From Bacillota bacterium (lineage in GTDB: Bacteria > Bacillota > Clostridia > Peptostreptococcales > Anaerovoracaceae): a DNA stretch of 29,455 nucleotides. The notes beneath the pieces are model-generated. The model saw only the letters and a program-made list of their open reading frames with translations. It made no database searches and was not told the origin of the DNA. Shown piece after piece: positions 15,904 to 23,648 of this stretch. The position numbers and the translations under genes were made by a program. The DNA is taken from the NCBI GenBank assembly GCA_016284485.1, contig JAEEOX010000154.1, positions 1-29,455 on the forward strand, read 5' to 3'. How positions within the stretch are numbered: the stretch's first letter is position 1; the number at the start of each line of letters is the position of its first letter.

Positions 15904-17322
15904 TTAAAGTCCAAGAGTTTCCTTTACGAAAGCGATGTCGGTCTTTGTCTCGTCAGCCAGATACTGGAGGTCTTCCGGTGTAAGGTTCTCGAGAGCAACG
16001 CCCGCCTTCTGTACGGCCTTCTTGATCCTGGAACGTCTGAAGTGATCCAGGTCAGCCACTTTGTGCTTGATGTAGCTGGGGTCTTTCGGAAGTATGATGT
16101 TGACACCCGGCTTATCCTCTTCCTGAGGAATACCGAAGTGGATGTCGATGCCGTTCTCTCTTGCGAATGCAAGCTGCGGCTGGATGTGCTTGCCGGCTCC
16201 GGTGTACTCTGTCTCGGAAACTACGAGGATAGCGTCCTCGGGCATCTCCTGAGCCAGGGAGAAGGCAGCTGTAAGAGCTGTGTTGCCTGCAGGACCTCTC
16301 TCAAGTCCTTCCAGGTTGGCCAGCATCTCTGTCATGTACAGGAACTCGCCCTGAGTTACTGTGACGTACTTGTCCATGTAGCGGAGAGGTCTCGCTGCGG
16401 AACGGGGAACGTCGGAGTGGTCGGGGTCTGTAGCATAGGGAACGCCGAATCCGGTGTGTCCTGTGGTGCAGGACTTACGGTTGAAGTCGACGTCGGATGC
16501 CATTGAAAGTCCGCTGAGGTCGATGGATGCTGCATATACTTTGGTATCCTTGCAGCCGGCCTTAAGCAGTCCTCTTGCAGTACCTGTCAGCATTCCGCCG
16601 CCTGCGTTGGTGCAGACTACCAGGTCCGGATCTCTTCCCAGCTTCTCTCTGCACTGCATCGCGATCTCGTAGCCGAGAGTCTCGATACCGGAGATACCGA
16701 AGGGTGAGTAAAGGGAAGCGTTGAAGAATCCTGTGTCCTCAAGTACGGAAAGTGTGGTGTAGAAAAGCTCGGGTCCTACTGTGAGCTGGATAACTTCAGC
16801 TCCGAGAGCCTCGCACTTTCTGGCCTTCTCAACGATCTCAGGCTGGCCGATTCCCTTGGAATCATAGCACTCCTGAACGATGATGCACTCAAGTCCCTGC
16901 ATTGCGGCCTGGGAAGCAACGGCTGCGCCGTAGTTTCCGGATGTTGCTGCTACAACGCCCTTGTAGCCAAGCTTCTTGGCGTGAGCGCATGCGCAGGCAG
17001 CACGTCTGTCCTTGAAGGAACCGGAAGCGTTGGCAGCTTCGTCCTTGACGAAGATCCTGGCGCCGTAACCCGGCTTAGCATATTTTCTTGCGAGAGCTGT
17101 GATGTTTCTCAGCTCGAGAAGCGGTGTGTTGCCAACTCCTGTTCTGGACTGGATCCTGTTGATCTCGTCCAGGGTGTAGTTGGTTGATTTCATAAGAGCT
17201 TCATAATCGAAGGCAACTGAGCCGGACTCGAAGGGTGTGTAGTCAAGTCCAAGGGCTTCCTTCATGATGTCGTTGCCTCTTGCCATCACGGAATCATAAT
17301 CTTTTGGTAAATTCACTGCCAT
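15904..17322 (-). CDS. ortB: 2-amino-4-oxopentanoate thiolase beta subunit
   Basis: PLP fold II (GNTPL, KDEAANASGSFKDR, ATSGNYG), N-terminal DIMKEALGLDY; TAATG overlap with ortA. Confidence 0.92.
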   Translation of the reverse strand: MAVNLPKDYDSVMARGNDIMKEALGLDYTPFESGSVAFDYEALMKSTNYTLDEINRIQSRTGVGNTPLLELRNITALARKYAKPGYGARIFVKDEAANASGSFKDRRAACACAHAKKLGYKGVVAATSGNYGAAVASQAAMQGLECIIVQECYDSKGIGQPEIVEKARKCEALGAEVIQLTVGPELFYTTLSVLEDTGFFNASLYSPFGISGIETLGYEIAMQCREKLGRDPDLVVCTNAGGGMLTGTARGLLKAGCKDTKVYAASIDLSGLSMASDVDFNRKSCTTGHTGFGVPYATDPDHSDVPRSAARPLRYMDKYVTVTQGEFLYMTEMLANLEGLERGPAGNTALTAAFSLAQEMPEDAILVVSETEYTGAGKHIQPQLAFARENGIDIHFGIPQEEDKPGVNIILPKDPSYIKHKVADLDHFRRSRIKKAVQKAGVALENLTPEDLQYLADETKTDIAFVKETLGL

Positions 17323-17624
17323 TATTTCTCACCTCCGTGAAGGATCTCTCTCAGCTGACGGTCGATCTCGATGATCTCGGGAACGAAGTCGCCATAGCTG
17401 TGAGTGTAATGAGGTCTCTCTTCGAAAAGAGTTCCCTTTTCAAGACGTCCTGCTGCTGTAAGAACTGTTACTTCGTCTCCGATCTCAGCGGCCTCGTCCT
17501 GTAAAAAACCTTTAGTCCACATCTGAAGGTCAGATGCCCTTGTATCGTCGGGAAGTTTTCCCGTACGCTGCTCGGATCTGAGTACGATGTTATGGATGCG
17601 GACCCAATCTCCTTTTTTAGCCAT
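17322..17624 (-). CDS. ortA: 2-amino-4-oxopentanoate thiolase alpha subunit
   Basis: Start MAKKGDWVRIH (AGGAG RBS), QMWTKGFL, PHYTHSYG; 100 aa. Confidence 0.9.
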   Translation of the reverse strand: MAKKGDWVRIHNIVLRSEQRTGKLPDDTRASDLQMWTKGFLQDEAAEIGDEVTVLTAAGRLEKGTLFEERPHYTHSYGDFVPEIIEIDRQLREILHGGEK

Positions 17625-17645
17625 TTTTCTCTCCTTATTTGCTGA

Positions 17646-17681
17646 CATGAGGCACGCCGATCGCCGCCGGCGTGCCCCATG
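17646..17681. other. Intercistronic hairpin between ord and ortA
   Basis: ggcacgccg-atcgccgc-cggcgtgcc 9-bp stem extended by catg/catg; no U-tract. Confidence 0.55.
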
Positions 17682-17709
17682 AGTCATAAATCAAATTAAG
17701 CTCGTCTGA

Positions 17710-18765
17710 TTATTTTACGATCTTCTTGTCTTCTGCGATGAAGTCTCTGAAGTCGCCCATGATAGCTCTGGGAATCGGAAGGTCGATCATTGTCTTGAGG
17801 CCGGGCTCAGCATTGATAACGAACGGGATCATGTTCACGCACATAGCGATTGTTCCAAGTCCTCCTTCGATCTCGGGAGAGTTCTTCATGTTTACGTTGG
17901 GAGTTCCCTTGATGATTACATAGTCACCGGTCTGGATGCCGACCTGCTCGGGCTCGATCTGCTGCGGGTGATCCATGTGTACGGGGATTCCGCCGGAGAG
18001 CTTAGCTTCTGCTGTCATGGCAACGCCTGCGCAGGAACCTGCTGCTGCGAATCCGTAGGGGGACTTTCTGTCAACGTCAGTTGTGATGGGGTTCATGTCC
18101 TGGGAGAACTCTTCAACCTTGAGTCCCATACCAGCAGCCATCATGCCAACGGACTCTGCGAATCCAACGTGGCCGGACATTGTGTGGTTAGCTTTCCTCT
18201 CAAGGAATTCCTCAACGGGGATGCCGATGCCCTGCTCATGCATTACGAGCGGTCCGAAGGGTGAAAGTGAGTTGACTCTTCTTGAAGTGATCTCTTCAAC
18301 GTCTGTAAGTACGCCTGTCCAAACGAGAACCAGAAGGTCCATGATGTGGCCGGGGTTAACGCCTGTTCCAAGGATGGAAACGCCGTTTTCCTTAGCGATC
18401 TTGTCAAGTTCAGCTGCGAGGTCAGGATTCTGAGCTGCAGGGAATGCCATCTCTTCTGCGGAAGTGATGCAGTTGATCTTCTGCTCAAGGATAAACTTCA
18501 TCTTGGGGAAAGCTTCCTTTGTGAAGGAGTCGGTGCAGAGAAGAACGATGTCAGCTGCGCCGGGCTTGATGATGGACTCGTCCTGGATGATGACGTCCGG
18601 TCTGTCGCCTCTCTCTGTCTTGATGTAGTCATACATGGAAGTTCCGATCTTCTTGTTTCTTCCAACGACGCCTACGATCTCAACGCCCTTCTTCCTGAGA
18701 AGCATGTCAGCCATTCCGCCGCCCATTGAGCCTAAACCCCAAATGATTACTTTTACATTTTCCAT
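17710..18765 (-). CDS. ord: 2,4-diaminopentanoate dehydrogenase
   Basis: Rossmann IIWGLGSMG, ILGTGVNPG, RVNSLSPFG, GHVGFAES, HPQQIEPE; first gene of the ort/ora cluster. Confidence 0.92.
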   Translation of the reverse strand: MENVKVIIWGLGSMGGGMADMLLRKKGVEIVGVVGRNKKIGTSMYDYIKTERGDRPDVIIQDESIIKPGAADIVLLCTDSFTKEAFPKMKFILEQKINCITSAEEMAFPAAQNPDLAAELDKIAKENGVSILGTGVNPGHIMDLLVLVWTGVLTDVEEITSRRVNSLSPFGPLVMHEQGIGIPVEEFLERKANHTMSGHVGFAESVGMMAAGMGLKVEEFSQDMNPITTDVDRKSPYGFAAAGSCAGVAMTAEAKLSGGIPVHMDHPQQIEPEQVGIQTGDYVIIKGTPNVNMKNSPEIEGGLGTIAMCVNMIPFVINAEPGLKTMIDLPIPRAIMGDFRDFIAEDKKIVK

Positions 18766-18845
18766 TACTTATTCCTCCTCATTTGATTGAAAACGATATA
18801 CTTAACATCCCAAAGGGTGTAAGTTTTAATTACATTATTATATAT

Positions 18846-18861
18846 CGCAAGTTTTATGCCA
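18846..18861 (-). promoter_or_regulatory. sigma54 (-24/-12) promoter of the ord operon
   Basis: TGGCAT-AAAAC-TTGCG with exact GG-N10-GC spacing, about 80 nt upstream of the ord ATG. Confidence 0.85.
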
Positions 18862-18956
18862 TGCGGCTTTAAAAATAATGTATACATGAAAGGACGTTTT
18901 TTGTACTCCTACCACAAAAAACCCCGCCCGCAGCCCGATTCTTTGGCCAAATATAC

Positions 18957-18982
18957 GAAAAACCGGCCTTTCTGCGGCCGGT
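18957..18982 (-). terminator. Probable terminator of the sigma54 activator gene
   Basis: accggcc-N7-ggccggt followed by a short T run on the minus strand. Confidence 0.5.
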
Positions 18983-19006
18983 CCCGTGGTCTCCGGGCCC
19001 AGCGCG

Positions 19007-19045
19007 TGCAAAATATTTTGCGATTTATATGCAAAGTATTTTGCA
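19007..19045. promoter_or_regulatory. Tandem upstream activator sites (UAS)
   Basis: GCAAAATATTTTGC (19008-19021, perfect palindrome) and TGCAAAGTATTTTGCA (19030-19045). Confidence 0.75.
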
Positions 19046-19071
19046 CACAAGGCCCGGAATGCCCATGAATA

Positions 19072-20463
19072 CTAGCGTATGTCGTACTTCCTCAGCTTGT
19101 GCTGGAGGGTCTGGCGCTTGATGGAAAGCGCCGCCGCGGCCTTGGAGATGTTGCCCTTGGCCCTGACCATCTCGTCTGCGATGATCTGCTTCTCCACAGA
19201 GCTCAGGTACTTGTCCAGGGGCATCGTCTGATCGTAGCGCGTGGTGGGTTCCTGCATAGGGACCACCTCCTCCGGCATGGAAAGATGCTTCTCCGTCAAA
19301 ACGTGCTCGTTGTCCGCCATAGATACCGCCTGCTCAATGATATTCTCCAGTTCCCTGACGTTTCCGGGATAGTCGTAGGCCCTCAGCTTCTGGGCCGCGC
19401 CGTCGGAAAGCATCCAGACCTGCTTGTTGTATCGGCGGTTGTACTTGTCCAGAAACTTCTCCGAAAGGGGAACTATGTCGTCCACCCTCTCCCGGAGCGG
19501 CGGGATGGAAATGTTGATGACATTCAGTCTGTAGTACAGGTCCTTCCTCAGCAGCCCCTTTGCGATGAGTTCCTCGGGAGCCTCGTTTACGGTGGCGATG
19601 ATCCTCACGTCGATGGGAATGTCCCGGGAGCCGCCTACCCGCCTGATGTAGGACTCCTGGAGGACACGGAGCAGCTTGGACTGCAGGTCATAGGGCATGG
19701 CCGAGATCTCGTCCAGCAAAAGCGTGCCGCCGCTGGCCTGCTCGAAAAGCCCCGCCCTGTCCACGGCTCCGGTGAAAGCGCCCTTGGCCGTTCCGAAGAG
19801 CAGGCCTTCCAGAAGGCTTTCGGGGATGGCCGCGCAGTTCTGGGCCAGGAAGGGCTTGCCCGCCCGTGACCCGTTGTTGTGTATGCTCTGGGCGATGAGC
19901 TCCTTGCCCGTTCCCGTCTCGCCGTAGATGAACACCGAAGCGTCGTTGATGGCGGCCTTGCGGGCACGCTTCACCACCTCCAGGAACCGCTCGTTCTCAC
20001 CGTATATGTCGTCGAAGGTGTATTTCATGATCTCCCGGCCCCTGATGGGAGCGTGTTCCATCTTGCCCTCCTGGATCTCCAGCAGAGAGTCCGACACCCT
20101 TCTCAGGTCAGTGATGTTCTTGGACACCTCGATGGCTGCGACGGTCCTGCCGTCCACCATTACCGGGATGGTGGTGTTCTCCGTGGTTATCTCCTTGCCG
20201 TAGAGATTCTTGTAGGTCTGCTGGGCGTTCCTGGTGGCCTGGTCGCGGCTTAGGGCCCTGTAGATGGTACTTTCCCCCAGCTCGAAGTCCGGGAATGCCT
20301 CGTGGAACTTCTTTCCCAGCACATCCCTGACGTGGACCTTTTCCGTGCCGGCCATGGCCTTGTTGTAATGTATCCCCACGCCCTGGCTGTCAACGATGTA
20401 TATCCCCTCGTCCAGGAGCTCTATGAGCTCGTCCACCAGAGCCTTGTATTCTTCTGCGTTCAT
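19072..20463 (-). CDS. sigma54-dependent activator (PAS-AAA+-Fis HTH), RocR-like
   Basis: Start MNAEEYK (GGAGG RBS); PAS region, GETGTGKE, GAFTGA, LLLDEI, YPGNVRELEN, C-terminal NISKAAAALSIKRQTLQHKL. Confidence 0.93.
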   Translation of the reverse strand: MNAEEYKALVDELIELLDEGIYIVDSQGVGIHYNKAMAGTEKVHVRDVLGKKFHEAFPDFELGESTIYRALSRDQATRNAQQTYKNLYGKEITTENTTIPVMVDGRTVAAIEVSKNITDLRRVSDSLLEIQEGKMEHAPIRGREIMKYTFDDIYGENERFLEVVKRARKAAINDASVFIYGETGTGKELIAQSIHNNGSRAGKPFLAQNCAAIPESLLEGLLFGTAKGAFTGAVDRAGLFEQASGGTLLLDEISAMPYDLQSKLLRVLQESYIRRVGGSRDIPIDVRIIATVNEAPEELIAKGLLRKDLYYRLNVINISIPPLRERVDDIVPLSEKFLDKYNRRYNKQVWMLSDGAAQKLRAYDYPGNVRELENIIEQAVSMADNEHVLTEKHLSMPEEVVPMQEPTTRYDQTMPLDKYLSSVEKQIIADEMVRAKGNISKAAAALSIKRQTLQHKLRKYDIR

Positions 20464-20486
20464 AAAAATGCCCTCCGTACACATCG

Positions 20487-20515
20487 ATTATATCACAGTG
20501 CATAATATTTTGCAC
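20487..20515 (-). promoter_or_regulatory. sigmaA extended -10 promoter of the activator overlapped by a third UAS-like palindrome
   Basis: TGn-TATAAT (20487-20492); TGCATAATATTTTGCA at 20499-20514 covers the spacer and -35 position. Confidence 0.65.
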
Positions 20516-20663
20516 CTGTTTTATGAGTCCGCCACGGGGTAAATATTTTGTTGTCTGTGCTCTGTTAATTCCCACTCTGCTATGGTAAAATATCCCAGTA
20601 CGGGCAGGTTTTGCGCCGGGCTGGACCGGCCGCGGCACACCGCGCCCGAAGGAAGGAAAGTTT

Positions 20664-20987
20664 ATGAGAATCAGAAGAGACAAAAACGATTTTGACGAGG
20701 ACGAGGTCGTCCTCATCGCCGACGTGTCCGACTCGCTGGCGCACCCTCTCAGGGTGAAGATGCTCAAATACATAATGAAAGCCAACATGGAGCTCCGCGG
20801 GGTCTGCACCAAGGACCTGGTGGAGGAATTCGGCTACGCGCAGGCCACCGTATCCCAGCACATGAAGAAGCTGATCCAGTCGGGGCTTGTGGAGGTCAGG
20901 CACGAACATAAATTCAACTACTACTACGTGAACTTCGGGCTTTTCGTGCGCTACGCCGACCTGGCCAAGAAGTTCACCATGGAATAG
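20664..20987 (+). CDS. ArsR/SmtB-family transcriptional regulator
   Basis: LAHPLRVKML, QATVSQHMKKLIQSGLV winged HTH; 107 aa. Confidence 0.85.
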   Translation: MRIRRDKNDFDEDEVVLIADVSDSLAHPLRVKMLKYIMKANMELRGVCTKDLVEEFGYAQATVSQHMKKLIQSGLVEVRHEHKFNYYYVNFGLFVRYADLAKKFTME

Positions 20988-21023
20988 AGGCGGCGCGACA
21001 GGCGGCGCGGCGCAACAGGCGGC

Positions 21024-21929
21024 ATGAGTGACGTACGCAAAGGCTACATCTGCACACTGACCTACGGAGCAATGCTGGGGCTGATCGGGTTCTTCACCAC
21101 CACCCTGGGGAACATGGGACTCACGTCGTTCCAGATCAACTTCGAGAGGTTCCTGGTGACCGTGATCTCCATAGGGATCTACCTGGCGGCAGTCCGCGGC
21201 AGGGAAGGCTTCAGGATCGACCTGAAGGGCTTCCTGATCTGCGCCTTCCTGGGGATCCTGGGAGACGTGATCATGGCCTACTGCTACGTGGAAGCCATAG
21301 CCAGCATCGGCATGGGTCTGGCGGCGGTCATACTGTACACCGCCCCGATCTTCAGCACCATACTGGCCCGGATCTTCCTTAAGACCCCCTTCAACCGGTA
21401 CAAAGGCATCGCCCTGGTGCTGAACCTCCTGGGCTGCTTCCTGGCGGTGACCGGAGGCAAGGCCTCCCTGAGCGGTCTTCCCATGTACGGCATAGCGATC
21501 GGGTTCCTCTGCAGTTTTTTCTTCGCGGTGAACATTCTGGTAAGCCAGTTCGCCACCGACGGCAGAGACCCCATAACCGTATGCTTCTACACCTTCCTGG
21601 TGGGAGTCGTCTGCCTGCTCTTCATAGTGCAGCCCTGGTCTGCCGGCCCGGAGATCTGGGCGCCCCGCGTCCTCATGGTCAGCGTCCCCTACGGTCTCCT
21701 GGAGGGTGCCCTGGGATACGTGCTGTACTACACCGGCATCAAACTGGTCCGGGATCCCGCCAAAGTAAACGTTCTGAGTTCCATCGAAGTCGCCGTTGCG
21801 GCGATCTTCGGAATAATCGTATATAACGAGCCCCACAGCCTGTTAAGGTTCGTGGGCATGGCCCTTATCCTGGTCTCCATGTGGTTCGTGGGACGTACCC
21901 CGAAGGAGCCCAGGCTGGAAAGCCGGTAG
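21024..21929 (+). CDS. DMT/EamA family transporter
   Basis: 301 aa, about 10 TM segments, ILYTAPIFS, LSSIEVAVAAIFG. Confidence 0.85.
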   Translation: MSDVRKGYICTLTYGAMLGLIGFFTTTLGNMGLTSFQINFERFLVTVISIGIYLAAVRGREGFRIDLKGFLICAFLGILGDVIMAYCYVEAIASIGMGLAAVILYTAPIFSTILARIFLKTPFNRYKGIALVLNLLGCFLAVTGGKASLSGLPMYGIAIGFLCSFFFAVNILVSQFATDGRDPITVCFYTFLVGVVCLLFIVQPWSAGPEIWAPRVLMVSVPYGLLEGALGYVLYYTGIKLVRDPAKVNVLSSIEVAVAAIFGIIVYNEPHSLLRFVGMALILVSMWFVGRTPKEPRLESR

Positions 21930-21971
21930 TCATTGCTCAGATTAAGCACTTATCGCAGATTGGAGCAAAAA

Positions 21972-22829
21972 ATGGACGAAAACATCAACAACACACCTAA
22001 CCTTCTCCCAGGCAACTCTCCCAGGGAGATCGACAGCAAGCGGGCGATAGTCATACTTCTTGTCATCGTCCTGGTGGTTTCCGTGCTCTTCGGACTGTTT
22101 TTCGCATCGAAGGCCGACACGTACCAGACCACCATCGAGAGGCTGAATGAAAGCAGGAACACCGTGACACAGCTGATGGCATCCGCCACCGCAGCGTCGG
22201 CTCTCCTTACCCTCATCCCCGGCGACGTGGCCACTCCCATAGCAGAGAAGCTGGCCGACGTGGCAGGCGACTTCATAATCGTGCTCTGCGCCATCTACGC
22301 CGAGAAGTTCATGCTCACCATTCTGGGGGCACTGTCCTTCGTGGTGCTGATACCCGCAGGCTGCATTTCCAAGCTGCTGGCCATGTTCAGGAACAACGGC
22401 GGCTGGGGCAGGATCGGCACCAAACTCATCGCCACAGGCATCGCAGTAGCTCTGCTGGTCCCGGTCAGCGCATGGGTCTCCGACACCATCCGCGACAACT
22501 ACGGATCCACCATAGATGCCACCATCCAGGCCGCTCAGGAAGCCACCGATGAAGTCCAGCAGGAGGCCGACTCATACGAGGGCGATTCCGCCACCGAAAA
22601 AAGCGGCAACTGGTTCCAGAACCTCTTCAACTCCGCCGAAGAAAAGCTGAACGGCGTGACCCAGAAGTTCCAGACGATCCTGAACAACATGATGGAGGCC
22701 TTCGCGGTGCTCATAGTCACCACCTGCATCATACCCATAGTCGTCCTGGTCATCTTCCTCTGGCTGGTGAAGACCGCCCTGAACGTGGACATGAACCTGA
22801 GACTTCCCATGCCCCGAAAGAGACTTTAG
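21972..22829 (+). CDS. Hypothetical membrane protein
   Basis: GGAG RBS before ATG 21972; several hydrophobic segments plus a polar helical loop; family not recognised. Confidence 0.7.
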   Translation: MDENINNTPNLLPGNSPREIDSKRAIVILLVIVLVVSVLFGLFFASKADTYQTTIERLNESRNTVTQLMASATAASALLTLIPGDVATPIAEKLADVAGDFIIVLCAIYAEKFMLTILGALSFVVLIPAGCISKLLAMFRNNGGWGRIGTKLIATGIAVALLVPVSAWVSDTIRDNYGSTIDATIQAAQEATDEVQQEADSYEGDSATEKSGNWFQNLFNSAEEKLNGVTQKFQTILNNMMEAFAVLIVTTCIIPIVVLVIFLWLVKTALNVDMNLRLPMPRKRL

Positions 22830-22886
22830 AACGCCGGACATACTAAGCCGCCAAAGTACACCTGATATTCCCGGAAGGAGCACCAG

Positions 22887-23543
22887 ATGAAATACGAAGA
22901 CATAGCCAAGAACAAAGAAGTTCTCGAATACTATAACCGGGCCTGCACGATCCTGGACACCCTGGGTTACACCGATCACTCCACAGCCCACACCACCCTG
23001 GTGGCAAAGAGGGCTGCGGACATACTGGAGGCTTTCGGCTACAGTCAGAAAGAGATCGAACTGGTAAAGATAGCCGGCTTCATGCATGATATCGGAAACG
23101 CCCTGAACAGGCATCATCACGCAGAGTACGGCGCCCTGCTGGCCAACGAGATCCTCAAGGAGACCGACCTTTCCGTCGAAGACCGCGTCCGCGTCGTCTC
23201 CGCCATCGCCAATCACGATGAATCCGACGGTGTCGCCGCCGATCCCGTCTCTGCGGCACTGATCATCGCAGACAAGACCGACGTGCGGAGGACCCGTGTG
23301 CGCCAGAAAGACCCCATGCAGTTCGACATCCATGACCGGGTGAACCACGCTGTCACCGACACCAGGCTCAGATGCGGCAAGGAGGAAAAGAGGATAACAC
23401 TCTACCTCACCATCGACGAGAGCATCTGCACCATGTACGAATACTTTGACATATTCCTGGAACGCATGACCATGTGCTCCCACGCAGCCCGAGTCCTGGA
23501 CTCCACCTTCTCACTCAAGGTGAACGGACAGAGAGTGCTGTAA
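22887..23543 (+). CDS. HD-domain phosphohydrolase
   Basis: DHSTAH, MHDIGN, HHAEYG, NHDE, IADKTD metal-binding pattern. Confidence 0.88.
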   Translation: MKYEDIAKNKEVLEYYNRACTILDTLGYTDHSTAHTTLVAKRAADILEAFGYSQKEIELVKIAGFMHDIGNALNRHHHAEYGALLANEILKETDLSVEDRVRVVSAIANHDESDGVAADPVSAALIIADKTDVRRTRVRQKDPMQFDIHDRVNHAVTDTRLRCGKEEKRITLYLTIDESICTMYEYFDIFLERMTMCSHAARVLDSTFSLKVNGQRVL

Positions 23544-23559
23544 GATATATATGTATAAC

Positions 23560-23591
23560 AAAAGCCGGCGCTGGGATGCGCCGGCTTTTTT
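23560..23591 (+). terminator. Intrinsic terminator (possibly bidirectional)
   Basis: aaaagccggcgc-tgggat-gcgccggctttt then TT. Confidence 0.85.
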
Positions 23592-23648
23592 GTGTGCTGT
23601 GGGTGTGGGGGGTTCGGATGTCATTTTTTATCCGCGTAACTCCGATTA

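Noticed and set aside
10722-15907. Classical MITE/IS ends for elements A-C
   Set aside because: Terminal arms differ between copies, no target-site duplication is visible, and no transposase is in the window; kept as unexplained repeats.
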